Positions 12,677 to 24,722 of a stretch of DNA of 64,000 bases are shown here, piece by piece. The DNA lies in NCBI RefSeq assembly GCF_963921235.1, contig NC_086101.1:7876001-7940000 (forward strand). Direction: 5' to 3'. The position numbers were made by a program, and so were the translations under genes. This DNA comes from Mobula hypostoma (lineage: Eukaryota). The stretch's first letter is position 1; the number at the start of each line of letters is the position of its first letter. Below the pieces are notes generated by a model. It saw only the letters and a list, made by a program, of their open reading frames with translations, searched no databases and was not told where the DNA came from.

Positions 12677-14324
12677 CCCTCCGCTATTTTCTGGATAATA
12701 GACCTCACCAGTTCCTCAACACCACTACCCTCCCCCGGTTGGCGGAACTGGTTCTTACACTCAATAACTTCTCTTTTGGCACTTTCCTCAGACCCATGGT
12801 GTAGCTATGGGAACTTGCATGGGCCCTGGCTATGCCTGCCTCTTCGTTGGTTATGTGGAACAGTCTGTGCTCCGAATCTATTCTGGTACTGCTCCCCAAC
12901 TTTTCCTTCGGTACATTGACGACTACATTGATGCTGCTTCCTGCACCCATGCTGAGCTCGTCAATTTCATCAACTTTACTTCTAAATTCCACCCAGCCCT
13001 CAAATTCACTTGATCTATCTTGGACACTTCTCTCCCCTTTCTCGATCTCTCAGTCTCCATCTCTGGAGACAGACTGTCCACTGACATCTCCTACAAGCCC
13101 ACTGACTCTCATAACTACCTCAACTATACCTCTTCCCACCCCGCCACATGCAAAAATGGCATTCACAATTCCCAGTTCCTCCGTCTCCGCCGCATCTGCT
13201 CCGAGGATGAGGGTTTCCGTTCCAGGACATCTCAAATGTCCTCTTTCTTTAAGGATCGTGGTTTCCCTTCTGCTGTCATCAATGATGCCCTCACCCGCAT
13301 CTCCTCCATTTCCCGCACTTCAGCCCTCACCCCATCCTCCCACCACCACAACAGGGACAGAGTTCCCCTTGGCCTCACCTACCACCACACCAGCCTCCGG
13401 ATCCAGCACATTATCCTCTGCAAATTCTGCCACCTTCAACAAGACCCCATCACTAAGCACATCTCTCCCTCTCCACCCCTCTCCACTTTCTGCAGGGATC
13501 GGACCCTCCGCGACTCCCTGGTCCACACGTCCCTCCCCACTGATCTGCCACCCGGCACTTATCCCTGTAAGCACAAGTGCTACACCTGTCCCTACACCTC
13601 CTCTCTTGCCACCATTCAGGGCCCTAGACAGTCCTCCCAAGGGAGGCAACACTTCACTTGTGAGTCTGTTGGGGTCATCTATTGCATCCGGTGCTCCCGC
13701 TGCGGCCTCCTCTACATCGGTGAAACCCGACGAAGATTGGGGGACCGCTTCATCGAGCACCTCCACTCCGTCCGCCAAAACAGACAGGATCTCCCAGTAG
13801 CCACCCACTTCAACTCTGCTTCCCACTCCCATTCAGGTATGTCCGTACATGGCCTCCTCTACTGCCATGACGAGGCTAAACTCAGGCTGGAGGAGCAACA
13901 CCTCATATACCATCTAGGTAGTCTCCAGCCCCTTGGTATGAACATAGAATTCTACAACTTCAGGTAATTCCCTCCCCCTCCCTTCCTCTATTGCTATGTC
14001 ACTCTGCACCCTCCCCCACCTGCCTATCACCTCCCTCAACATTCCGCCTCCTTCTACTACCCATTGTGTTTTCCCCTATTCCTTCTTCACCTTTCCTGCC
14101 TATCCCCTCCCTGCTTCCCTTCCCCCACCCCTTTATCTTTCCCCTTACTGGTTTTTCACCTGGAACCTACCAGCCTTCTCCTTCCCACCCTTCCCCCACC
14201 TTCTTTATAGGGCCTCTGCCCCATCCCTCTTCAATCCTGATGAAGGGTTCCGGCCCTAAACTTCAACCGATCGTTTCCACGGATGCTGCCCAACCTGCTG
14301 AGTTCCTCCAGCGTTTTGTGGGTG
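12677..14324 (+). mobile_element. Penelope-like retroelement, 5'-truncated; right arm of inverted dimer
   Basis: ORFs 12807-13013 and 13020-13967 share a frame split by one TGA: AMGTCMGP, YIDD, VIYCIRCSRCGLLYIGET. Hammerhead at 14232-14269 is mutated (GAAA to TAAA). Confidence 0.93.
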
Positions 14325-14623
14325 CTGCGTGGAGTTTGCATGTTCTTTCCGTAACCAGTACCTTCCTTGAGCTGACTTTGCAGGTTGAACGGTAATTTGG
14401 CTACTGTAATTAACCTTGTGATTGTGGGTGGTCTGTGAATCAGGTCGGAGTTAGTGGGTCAGAGACGGAGTATATGTTTCAGGGAGACGTGGGGGAATGT
14501 GATGGAGGGGATTGTTCTGAAAACCAGCAGAAAAGTTAATGGGCTGAATAGTGACCTTCCATGTCAGAAGGAAATACAAAAAATAGCCTCAAATAGTCAA
14601 CTAGCCTCTCCTTTCATTGACAG

Positions 14624-14857
14624 GAACAGTCACACAGCCTTCAGTCCCAGATCACATCCCATTTTGCTGAACTGCGCCGGGTTCTCACTGAGAAAGAGCA
14701 GCGTGCACTCCGAAATCTCAGGGAGGAAGAGGAGAGGATTCTGAATCCAATGGAGAAAAATCTTCGAGAGATTCAAGGGAATTTAAATTCTACCCAGGAG
14801 GAAATCTCAAAGTTACAGGAACAGATGGATCAACAAGAAAATATCACATTCCTCATG
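14624..14857 (+). CDS. TRIM coding exon 3 (coiled-coil)
   Basis: gacag|GAA...ATG|gtgaga; 234 nt, open: EQSHSLQSQITSHFAELRRVLTEKEQRALRNLREEEERIL...ITFLM. Confidence 0.93.
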
Positions 14858-15429
14858 GTGAGAGATTTCACTTTGGATCTGTAAAAGTGCACTGTCAAAA
14901 AATGATGCATTTTAACGCAAATAATGTAGTTGGAAACTGATTTCCACCATGTGGGCATCCTGACTGTTCAGAGTTGTGATTGTCCCAAACCGGCCTCCCA
15001 CAACATCTGTACATCACAGGACAGTCTGCAACCTTCTTGGGATGAGTTACTCTCATCAGAACACTGAGATGGCGATCGTTTCTGTGATTCCCACGTATAA
15101 TATCCCTGATACTCAGAGTAACACCCAGTTACAGTCACAGGCTGTGAGTGTGTTTCTGATATTCTCTTCACCACATTTCTTGTGGCATTTATTAACAACC
15201 AACTGATGTTTTATCTTTGACATTTGGTCTCACACAAGGAGAAATATTTTCTCCACTCCCATCCCATCAAATCCATTCGGAATGTTAAATTCCTCCATCT
15301 GATCCTCCCTGACATCGTAACCAGATAAAAATGCACAACTTGTCCAGTATCTCCTGTAAGTTCTATCCTCTCAGTTATGGTATAAATTTCAGAGTTACAA
15401 AATACACATCGACTAAGATGTTAGCTGTC

Positions 15430-15890
15430 CTGTGCTATCACCAGTGGGATCTTCAGTTGATCTGCCAACTGTCTTCAGGAGTTTTGGCCCGCTTATGATC
15501 AAGACTCCCTCGAGGTGGCGGGCCAGCAGTGCTAAAGCACCACCTCCCACTGGTGAGCTTAAAAACTTGGCATCTGGCTCTCTCAGAGTTGTTGGTCACT
15601 TCCATCCAACAGATAGTCTCCTCTTCAGGTGTGTATGCAACTACTGAAGGGTTTGCAAGATATATATACACTGTCCGTGTATCTGCCCCTCTGGACATAC
15701 CTGGTCCACACCCATGCTGATCCTTTCTCTGCTGCCTCAGCTGCAGCCCTGCTGGTTGACTTGATCTCTCTTCTAGTGAAGCCAAGATCACACAGCCACT
15801 TCTGCAAAGTGAATGCAATAAATCCACGGCAGCCTACTTCGAATGGATAGCATGAGACCTTCCACCCACTGTCTCTGCACTCATAATCAT
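15430..15890 (-). mobile_element. 3' end of a Hero-like (restriction-like endonuclease) non-LTR retrotransposon
   Basis: ECRDSGWKVSCYPFEVGCRGF...AAEAAEKGSAWVW, a C-terminal signature I recognise from Hero-clade ORFs, followed by 3' UTR. Confidence 0.7.
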
Positions 15891-16059
15891 TCCTTGTACT
15901 TACTCCCGTGGTTCTGTGTCCCTCTTTATCCAATCGTTTCAGTGGGAGTGAGTTTAGTGGGAATTTTCAGCAGCTTGTAATAACTTGTCTCAGATTCCTG
16001 CTGTTCAGATGCCGATGGTCAGTCTCAGTCAATTGAGATCTGTGTTTTATTTATTTCAG

Positions 16060-16082
16060 GAGGAAGCTCGTCGGAAGAGGAG
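16060..16082 (+). CDS. TRIM coding exon 4 (23-nt microexon)
   Basis: tttatttcag|GAGGAAGCTCGTCGGAAGAGGAG|gtagaa; phase 0 to 2, compatible with both neighbours. Confidence 0.9.
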
Positions 16083-16178
16083 GTAGAACATGGTCTTGAC
16101 TGAAACTCTGTATGGATTTGTAAAATAGTTCAAATATCACTGATGTTCAGTTTATAACCAGATGTATAATATTTACAG

Positions 16179-16297
16179 GATTAGTGATGGACAACAGACA
16201 TTGTCAGTGACAAATGGTGCCCTACTGGTTGAAAAACTCTATCACCCCTATTTGTTTGACATTGCATTGGGAGAAGCATTGGACGGCATTAAGCGAG
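16179..16297 (+). CDS. TRIM coding exon 5 (linker)
   Basis: tttacag|GATT...CGAG|gtaaaa; 119 nt, phase 2 to 1: ISDGQQTLSVTNGALLVEKLYHPYLFDIALGEALDGIKR. Confidence 0.9.
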
Positions 16298-16704
16298 GTA
16301 AAACATACAGATTCATTCCGGCACCAATCCCACCTGCTGGGGCACATCACTGCCACATGGTCAGCTGGAGATGTCAGACCGTTGAACACACCAAACCAGG
16401 GGCAAAATACAACCAATTCACTGGTCTGTTAGGTGAATCATTGCATCCTGATCCCATTTGCACTGGACAAACAAGCCAATGCACGAGTTTGAATCCTGAC
16501 ATGGTAGCTCTGGAAGTAATATTCCATTAATGACATTAAAGGGGATAAAATCTGGTATCACTGTGGTGACAGGGATTGTCTGAAAAATACACCAGTTCTT
16601 CGTGCCACTCACCGTGTCTGACCTGTCCGTGACCGCAGTCTGATTGACTCAGCTCTACCCCCTGCTGGACTCGCGAGTCTCACTGTTGTTATCAAACCAG
16701 CACA

Positions 16705-16816
16705 TTAAAGACTGAGCAACACACATCAAAGTTGCTGGTGAACCAGCAATTTTGATGTGTGTTGCTTAAATTTACAGCATCTGCAGAATTCCTGTTGTTT
16801 ACGTTAAATACTGAGC
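16705..16816. mobile_element. About 90-bp palindromic Penelope-tail insertion with 13-bp TSD
   Basis: 24-bp arms 16715-16738 and 16743-16766 (one mismatch), 4-nt loop; flanked by ttaaagactgagc / ttaaatactgagc; matches the PLE tail at 57042-57105. Confidence 0.8.
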
Positions 16817-16869
16817 CCGGACACACCAACCAGCATTAACACTGGTGAACACAGCATAGATAAATAAGG

Positions 16870-18461
16870 TAGATAAATCACCCGGACCAGATGGAATGCA
16901 CCCGCGTGTTCTGAAGGAAGTAGCTGTGGAGATTGCGGAGGCATTAGCGATGATCTTTCAAAAGTCGATAGATTCTGGCATGGTTCCGGAGGACTGGAAG
17001 ATTGCAAATGTCACTCCGCTATTTAAGAAGGGGGCAAGGAAGCAAAAAGGAAATTATAGACTTGTTAGCTTGACATCGGTGGTTGGGAAGTTGTTGGAGT
17101 CGATTGTCGAGGATGAGGTTACAGAGTACCTGGAGGCATATGACAAGATAGGTAGAACTCAGCATGGATTCCTTCAAGGAAAATCCTGCCTGACAAACCT
17201 ATTACAATTTTTTGAGGAAATTACCAGTAGGCTAGACAAGGGAGATGCAGTGGATGTTGTATATTTGGATTTTCAGAAGGCCTTTGACAAGGTGCCACAC
17301 ATGAGGCTACTTAACAAGATAAAAGCCCATGGAATTACAGGAAAGTTACATACGTGGATAGAGCGTTGGCTGATTGGCAGGAAACAGAGAGTGGGAATAA
17401 AGGGATCCTATTCTGTTTGGCTGCCGGTTACCAGTGGTGTTCCACAGGGATCAGTGTTGGGGCCGCTTCTTTTTACATTGTACATCAACGATTTGGATTA
17501 TGGAATAGATGGCTTTGTGGCTAAGTTTGCTGACGATACGAAGATAGGTGGAGTGGCCGGTAGTGCTGAGGAAACTGAGAGTCTGCAGAGAGACTTGGAT
17601 AGATTGGAAGAATGGGCAGAGAAGTGGCAAATGAAATACAATTTTGGAAAGTGTATGGTTATGCACTTTGGCAGAAGAAATAAACGGGCAGACGATTATT
17701 TAAATGAGGAAGGAATTCAAAGTTCTGAGATGCAACGGGACTTGGGAGTCCTCGTGCAGGATACCCCTTAAAGTTAACCTCCAGGTTGAGTCGGTGGTAA
17801 AGAAGGCGAATACAATGTTGGCATTCATTTCTAGAGGAATAGAGTATAGGAGCAGGGATGTGATGTTGAGGCCCTATAAGGTGCTGGTGAGACCTCACTT
17901 GGGGTACTGTGGACAGTTTTGGTCTCCTTATTTAGGAAAGGATGTGCTGACGTTGGAGAGGGTACAGAGAAGATTCACTAGAATGATTCTGGGAATGAGA
18001 GGGTTAACATAAGAGGAACGTTTGTCCACTGTGGACTGTATTCCTTGGAGTTTCGAAGAATGAGGGGAGACCTCATAGAAACGTGTCAAATGTTGAAAGG
18101 CATGGACAGAGTGGATGTGGCTAAGTTGTTTCCCATGATAGGGGAGTCTAGTACGAGAGGGCATGACTTAAGGATTGAAGGGTGCCCACTCAGAATAGAA
18201 ATGCAAAGAAATTTTTTTAGCCGGAGGGTGGTGAATATATGGAATTTGTTGCCACGGGCTGCAGTGGAGGCCAAGTCATTGGGTGTATTTAAGGCAGAGA
18301 TTGATAGGTATCTGAGTCGCCAGAGCATCAAAGGTTATGGTGAAAAGGTGGGGGAGTGGGACTAAATGGGAGAATGGATCAGCTCATGATAAAATGGCGG
18401 AGCAGACTCGATAGGCCGAATGGCCGACTTCTGCTCCTTTGTCTTATGGTCTTATGGTCTT
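16870..18461 (+). mobile_element. CR1 LINE, 5'-truncated, well-preserved RT
   Basis: ORF 16896-17771: [27 protein letters not shown]; 3' tail (cttatggt)n. Confidence 0.95.
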
Positions 18462-18625
18462 ATAACTGGTCTGGCAAATCTCCCTCACACACATTCACAA
18501 GAAGGTTTAGCAGATTGTAGTCAGAGCCTCAGCATTGCACATTGTTAGTCCCCTCAGTAACCTGGAAACTATTCTCTTCAGACACAGTGAATGGTTTCTA
18601 TTTGAACAATTCACACACGTGTCAC

Positions 18626-18626
<1 letters not shown>

Positions 18627-18658
<32 letters not shown>
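18627..18658. repeat. (AC)n microsatellite
   Basis: About 16 AC units. Confidence 0.95.
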
Positions 18659-18663
<5 letters not shown>

Positions 18664-19272
18664 TACATTGATATATTGATAATATTCAAATGCACCATCA
18701 GAGAGGGACACATCGTCAGAGACACAGACACATTTCCGTGTGTTTGTCCCATATCTTTCTAACCATTGCCTATCGTTGTACCTGTCTAAATTGATTTTAT
18801 ATTATTTTAATTATACCTCTTTCCACAGCTTCCTTTGGCAGCAAATTCCACATGTACCCACTTCCCTCACAGATGGAAAGCTGCCCTGCAGATCCCTTGA
18901 AACACTTTCCCCTCTCACCCTCAATCTCTGCCCTCTAGTTTTGGACTCCCCTGGAGTTCCCTGGTGTGACCTTCCAGCCCTTCTTAAGGCACCACCTCAG
19001 CCACCCTCCAGTCTTCCAGCAGCTCAGCTGTGGTGAAATGTGAAGCAAGTATATCTGCCAGAGTCTCTGCAAATTCATCCTCTGTCCTAATGAGGGGCTG
19101 TGGGGAGTGGGTTTGTGGGAAAGGAGACAAAGGGACCCTTATCACCCATATTCATCCCCTTCACCTTCTGTTTCCATCTACACACACAGTTCACCACAGG
19201 CTTTCCACCCCCTCCCCATCTGGTTCCGATTCCATCTGCCATTCATCTCTCCCCTCATGGATCCCATGATCA

Positions 19273-20290
19273 TAAACAGGAAAAAGTCTGTAGATGCTGG
19301 AGATCCAAATCAACACACACAAAATGCTGGAGGAACTCAGCAGGTCAGACAGCATCTATTGTAATGAATAAACTGTTGATGTTCTGGGCTGTGATCCTTC
19401 TTCAGGACTGAAATTGAAGGGGGGAGATGCCAGAATAAAAATGTGGGGAGAGGGGAGAGAGGCTAGCTGGAAGGTGATAGGTGAAGCCAGGGGGGTGGGA
19501 AAGCTAAAGGGCTGGAGAAGAAGGAATCTGATCGGAGAGGAGAGTGGACCATAAGAGAAAGGGAAGGAGGAGGGGACCCAGGGAGTAGTGATAGGGAGGT
19601 GAGAAGAGGTTAAAGGCCAGAGTGGGGAATAGAAGAAGGGGGACGGGGTGAGAAAAAATTTTACCTGAAGAGGAAATCAATATTCATGCCATCAGGTCAG
19701 AGGCTACCCAGGCAGAATATAAGTTGTTGCTCCTCCATCCTGAGGATGGCCTCATCTTGGCACAAGAGGCAGCCGTGGGCCGACATTTTGGAATGGGAAT
19801 CAAAATGTTTGGCCACTGGGAAGTTCCCCTATGGACGGATAGAGTGGAACCTCCTTTACTGATAAGATTCCAGCACAGATCGGCCTTTGTGCTCCTGTTT
19901 TTCACCCTCCCACAGCTGTCTCCCACCTTCCCATCTCCCAACCTTCCCCGCAACCTCGCTCCGACTAGCGATCAAAACTTCCATTGTGTTGGTCTCCACC
20001 TGACATTCACTTCCCAGTGTCTCCAAACTCCAGTCCACACTCCCCACCCTTCCGCTACCTGGAGCAACTTGCCTGCCATCTTTCACCAATCTTTAGTCCA
20101 CAGTCACTTCAGACTCCTGTCTCACCACTCCCCTTCTCCTCTGCTCAATCTACGCCCCTCATAACCTTATATATTTCTGTCAGATCACCTCCCACTTACC
20201 TGCACTTGGCCCGTATCCTTCTAATCCTTCCCTGTCATCATTTCTCTGTCTCAGCCAGTTCTACGGGGCTCTCAATTCTCCCGTGTTACA
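19273..20290. mobile_element. Older Penelope-like 3' fragment (- strand, to about 19850) joined to an opposite-orientation pyrimidine-rich fragment
   Basis: Tail tgctggaggaactcagcaggtcag, decayed hammerhead at 19372-19410, end of ORF (LRMEEQQLIF...GMNI); composition flips at about 19850. Confidence 0.65.
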
Positions 20291-20669
20291 GAAAACGATC
20301 GACCTCATTTTCTACCACATTGCAGAAGCAAATGTGCTGCAGGTCCTGAGATGCATAAAGTTCGATAAATCCCCAGGTCCTGATCAAGTTTATCCCAGGA
20401 CATTGTGGGAAACTCAGCAAGAAATTGTGGGGCCCTTTTGGAGATATGTGTGTCATCGATAGCTGTGGGTGAGGGGCCAGAAGACTGGAGGGAGACCAGT
20501 GTTGAACATTTATTGAAGATCGGCTGTAGGGAAAAGCCGGGGAAGTACAGACCGGTGAGCCTAACGTCAGTGGAGGGTACATTAATGGAGGGGATTCTGA
20601 GAGACAGGATCTACATTCATTTGGAAAGTCGAGGACTAATCAGGGATACCCAGCTTGGTTTTCTGCATG

Positions 20670-21008
20670 GACGGTACGGTAGCATAGTGGTTAGCACAAC
20701 GCTTTACAGTACCAGCGACCCGGGTTCATGTCCCGTCACTGCCTGTAAGGAGTTTGTACGTTCCCCATGACCACGTGGGTTTCTTCCAGGTGCTCCAGTT
20801 TCACAGTCCAAACCCGTACCGGTTGGCAGGTTAATTGGTCATTGTAACTTGTCCCATGGTCAGGCTCAGATTAAATCAGGGGTTTCTGGGTGGTGGGGTC
20901 ATTGTAACTTGTTCCAGGGTCAGGCTCGGATTAAATCAGGGGTTTCTGGGTGGTGGGGGTCAAAGGGCCGGAAGGGCCTATTCCGTGCTGTATCTCAGTA
21001 AATAAATT
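20670..21008 (+). mobile_element. tRNA-derived SINE with internal 60-bp tandem duplication, inserted in a CR1 RT fragment
   Basis: A-box tagcatagtgg, B-box ggttcatgtcc, core gtgggtttcttccaggtgctcc; 20837-20896 repeated at 20897-20956; LINE-like tail gggccggaagggcct. Confidence 0.8.
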
Positions 21009-21944
21009 ACAGCTGATGAACGTGCAGTAGACATCGTCTCCATGGAGTTTAGCGAGGGATTTGACAAGGTAGCAGAGAGTTAGATCACATGGGATACAGT
21101 ACGATCTGGAATAGGATACAGAATTGTCTGGGTGGAGTCCTGTGACCAGCGGTTGTGCTGCAGGGATCGGTGCTGGGTCCACTGTTTTTCATCATTCACA
21201 TGAATGATTCAGAGAGAATGTAGGTGACGTGTTTAGTAGGTTTGTGAAGGACTCTAAAATTGGTGGTTTCATGGACAGTGAAGGGGTTATTTATTTATTT
21301 AGATACAGTGTGAAACAGACCGTCCCAGACCAATGACCAGCTCCACCCAGCACCCCAACTATTTAAAACTAGCCTATTCTTGGGGCAATGTACAATGACC
21401 ATTTAACCTACAAACCATTATGTCTTTATACGAGCGTCACAGAGTGATAGAAACTAACAGCACAGGCCCTTCAGCCCACCTGGTCTGTACTGAAACATTT
21501 AAACTACCTGCTCCCATCGACCTGCACCGGGACCAGAGTCCTCCAACTCCTACCATCCATGTACCTGTCCAAACTTCTCTTAAATGTTTAAATCGAGCTT
21601 GCATGTACCATTTGCACTGGCAGCTCGTTCCACACTCTCACGACCCTCTAAGTGAAGAAGTTTCCCCTCATGTTCCCCTTAAACTTTTCATCTTTCACCC
21701 TTAACTCATGACCTCTGGTTGTAATCCCATCCAACCTCCGTGGAAAAAGCTCATGCACCATATTTCTACCCCTCATAATTTTGTATACCTCTATCAAATC
21801 TCCACTCAGTCTTCTATGTTACAAGGAATAAAGTCCTAAACGATTCAATCTTTCCTTATGACTCAGGTCTTCCAGTCCCAGCTGCATCGCTGTAAATTTT
21901 CTCTGTACTCTTTCCTGTAGGTACCCTTTCCTGTAGCTATTCAG

Positions 21945-23056
21945 AATGTCAGAAGGCATGGGATCCAAGGAAGTTTGGCCAGGTGAATTCAGAATTGGCT
22001 TGCCTGCAGAAGGCAGAGGGTCGTGGTGGAGGGAGTACATTCAGATTGGAGGGTTGTGACTAGTGGTGTCCCACAAGGATCTGTTCTGGGACCTCTACTT
22101 TTCATGATTTTTATTAACAACCTGGATGTGGGGGTAGAAGGGTGGGTTGGCAAGTTTGCAGACGACACTAAGGTTGGTGGTGTTGTGGATAGTGTAGAGG
22201 ATTGTCAAATATTGCAGAGAGATATTGATAGGATGCAGAAGTGGGCTGAGAAGTGGTAGATGGAGTTCAACCCGGAGAAGTGTGAGGTGGTACACCTTGG
22301 AAGGACAAACTCCAAGGCAGAGTACAAAGTAGATGGCAGGATTCTTGGTCGTGTGGAGGAGCAGAGGGATCTGGGGGTACATGTCCACAGATCCCTGAAA
22401 GTTGTCTCACAGGTAGATAGGGTATTTAAGAAAGCTTATGGGGTGTTAGCTTTCATAAGTCGAGGGATAGAGTTTAAGAGTCGCGATGTAATGATGCAGC
22501 TGTATAAAACTCTGGTTAGGCCACACTTGGAGTACTGTGTCCAGTTCTAATTGCCTCACTACAGGAAGGATGTGGAACCATTGGAAAGGTTACAAAGGAG
22601 ATTTACCAGGATGTTGCCTGGTTTAGAGTGTATGCATTATGATCAGAGATTAAGGGAGCTAGGGCTTTACTCTTTGGAGAGAAGGAGGATGAGAGGAGAC
22701 AGGATAGAGGTGTACAAGATAATAAGAGGAATAGATAGAGTGGATAGCCAGCACATCTTCCCAGGGCACCACTGCTCAATACAAAAGGACATGGCTTTAA
22801 GGTAAGGGGTGGGAAGTTCAAGAGGGATATTAGAGGAAGGTTTTTTACTCAGAGAGTGGTTGGTGTGTGGAATGCACTGCCTGAGTCAGTGGTGGAGGCA
22901 CATGCACTTGTGAAGTTTAAGAGACTACTAGACAGGTATATGGAGGAATTTAACGTGGGGGGTTATATGGGAGGCAGGGTTCGAGGGTTGTTGGCACAAC
23001 ATTGTGGGCCGAAGGGCCTGTACTGTGCTGTATTATTCTATGTTCTATGTTCTATG
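21945..23056 (+). mobile_element. CR1 LINE 3' part
   Basis: [26 protein letters not shown]; in-frame stops; tail (ttctatg)n. Confidence 0.93.
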
Positions 23057-24722
23057 TACGTGACTAAACCTGCACACAATATTCCAAATTAGGCCTCAAC
23101 AACATCTCATGCAACTTCAACATAACATACATCTCCTGTACTCAATACTTTGATTTATGAAAGTCAAAGAAAAGCTTTCTTGATTGCCCTATCTCCCTGT
23201 AACACCACTTTTGATGTATTAATGGACCCCTGTTCCCAGATCTGCTGGAGAACAGAGTCCTCAGTGCCCGACCATTCACTGTGTAAGACCTACACTCGGG
23301 TCCTACCGAAGTGCAACAGCTCACACTTGTCTGCATTAAATTCCAGCTGACACTTTTCAGCCCATTTTTCCAGCTGCTCCAGATCCCACTGCAAGTAATG
23401 ATGGTCTTCCTCGCTGTCCACTCCTCCCCAATCTGAGCGATGAATCGTGAGCACCCAGTGGAAAGGCACGAGGTCTTGGGGAGACCATACAAACTCCTAA
23501 CAGATGGTGTCAGAATTGATCTCAGAACTCCAGAACGCCGCGAGGTGCAACAGTATTGTGTTATCCACCATATAACCTGTTGCTCATGGTTTATCCAAGA
23601 TCTTGATGGATTAGATATCTAGGCCATTGGATGGAAATTGATATTAATTCAGAGAGATGTGGGTGTTACATTTTGGAAGGCAAACCAGGACAGGATTACA
23701 CAGGAATCAGTGAGACCCTGGAGGGTGTTGTGGAACAGAAAGACCAGGAGGTGATTGTCTTCATCAGTAAGAATACTGAGTACAGGAGCTGTGATGTCAC
23801 GTTATGAGTCTACAAGACATTGGGAAGGCCACATTTGCAGCAGAGTAACACACACAATCTGCTGGAGGAAAACAGCAGGTCAGGCAGCAGCTGTGGATAT
23901 GAATAAACAGTTGATGTTTTGGGTCAAGGTTTTGTGTGTGTTGCTTTGGATTTCCAGCATCCGCAGATCTTCTTGTCTTTATGATTTGGATCACACTGTC
24001 CAGTGCTGGTGATCTTTCTCCAGGAAGAATGTCATTAAACTGAGAGGGTATGAAACAGATTTACAAGTATATTACTGGTTTGGGTTATAAGGAGAGGCTG
24101 GATACTCTGGGTCTTTTTTCCTGGAGCTCAGGAGGCTGCCAAAGGAAACTGTAGAGGTTGGTACAGTTGCAATGTTTAAAAGATGTCTGGACAGGTACAT
24201 GTGTAGGAGAGTTTTAAAGGAATAATGGGCAAATATAGACAAATGGAACAAGTTCATTAAAGTGAGTTGGTCGACATGAATGAATTCTGCCTGACCTCCT
24301 CTTTAAATGCCTCCAGTGTTCACTCACCCCATCCTCATCTGGATCCAGTTGTTGCTCCACTCCTTTTTCATACCCGTTTCCACTGCTATCTCCCGTCTTT
24401 CTTTCCAATCTTGAGGTAAGGTCTCGGCTTGAAACATCGACTGTACATCTCCCTTGACGCATGTTCTTTGACCCGCTGAGATCCTCCAGAATTTTGTGTG
24501 TGTTGATCGGGAAAAATGCGCTCTCCATGTCGAGGAAATTCTCGGGATGATGCTGGTTGTTCATCCGCTGCAGTATGGGTAAAATCACAGGAAAGGATGC
24601 TGTCGGCCACCCGACTGAGCCTGAGGCCGAGCGGCCTCTCCCCCGGTCCCGTCGCGGGGCCGCGCTGCCCGAGTCTCCCCCCGATCCCCGGGGACTCTCT
24701 AATTCTCTGCTTCTCCCCCCAG

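Noticed and set aside
12176..13800. Long Ser/Pro-rich ORFs (12832-13800 +, 12176-12667 -)
   Set aside because: Alternative frames of the Penelope ORF in C-rich, stop-poor sequence; no independent evidence of coding.
20670..20745. tRNA gene
   Set aside because: A and B boxes run into a SINE core and tail; no full cloverleaf.
24557..24722. N-terminal extension of the B30.2 ORF as a stand-alone gene
   Set aside because: It is intron sequence upstream of a clear phase-1 acceptor that is conserved in three paralogues.
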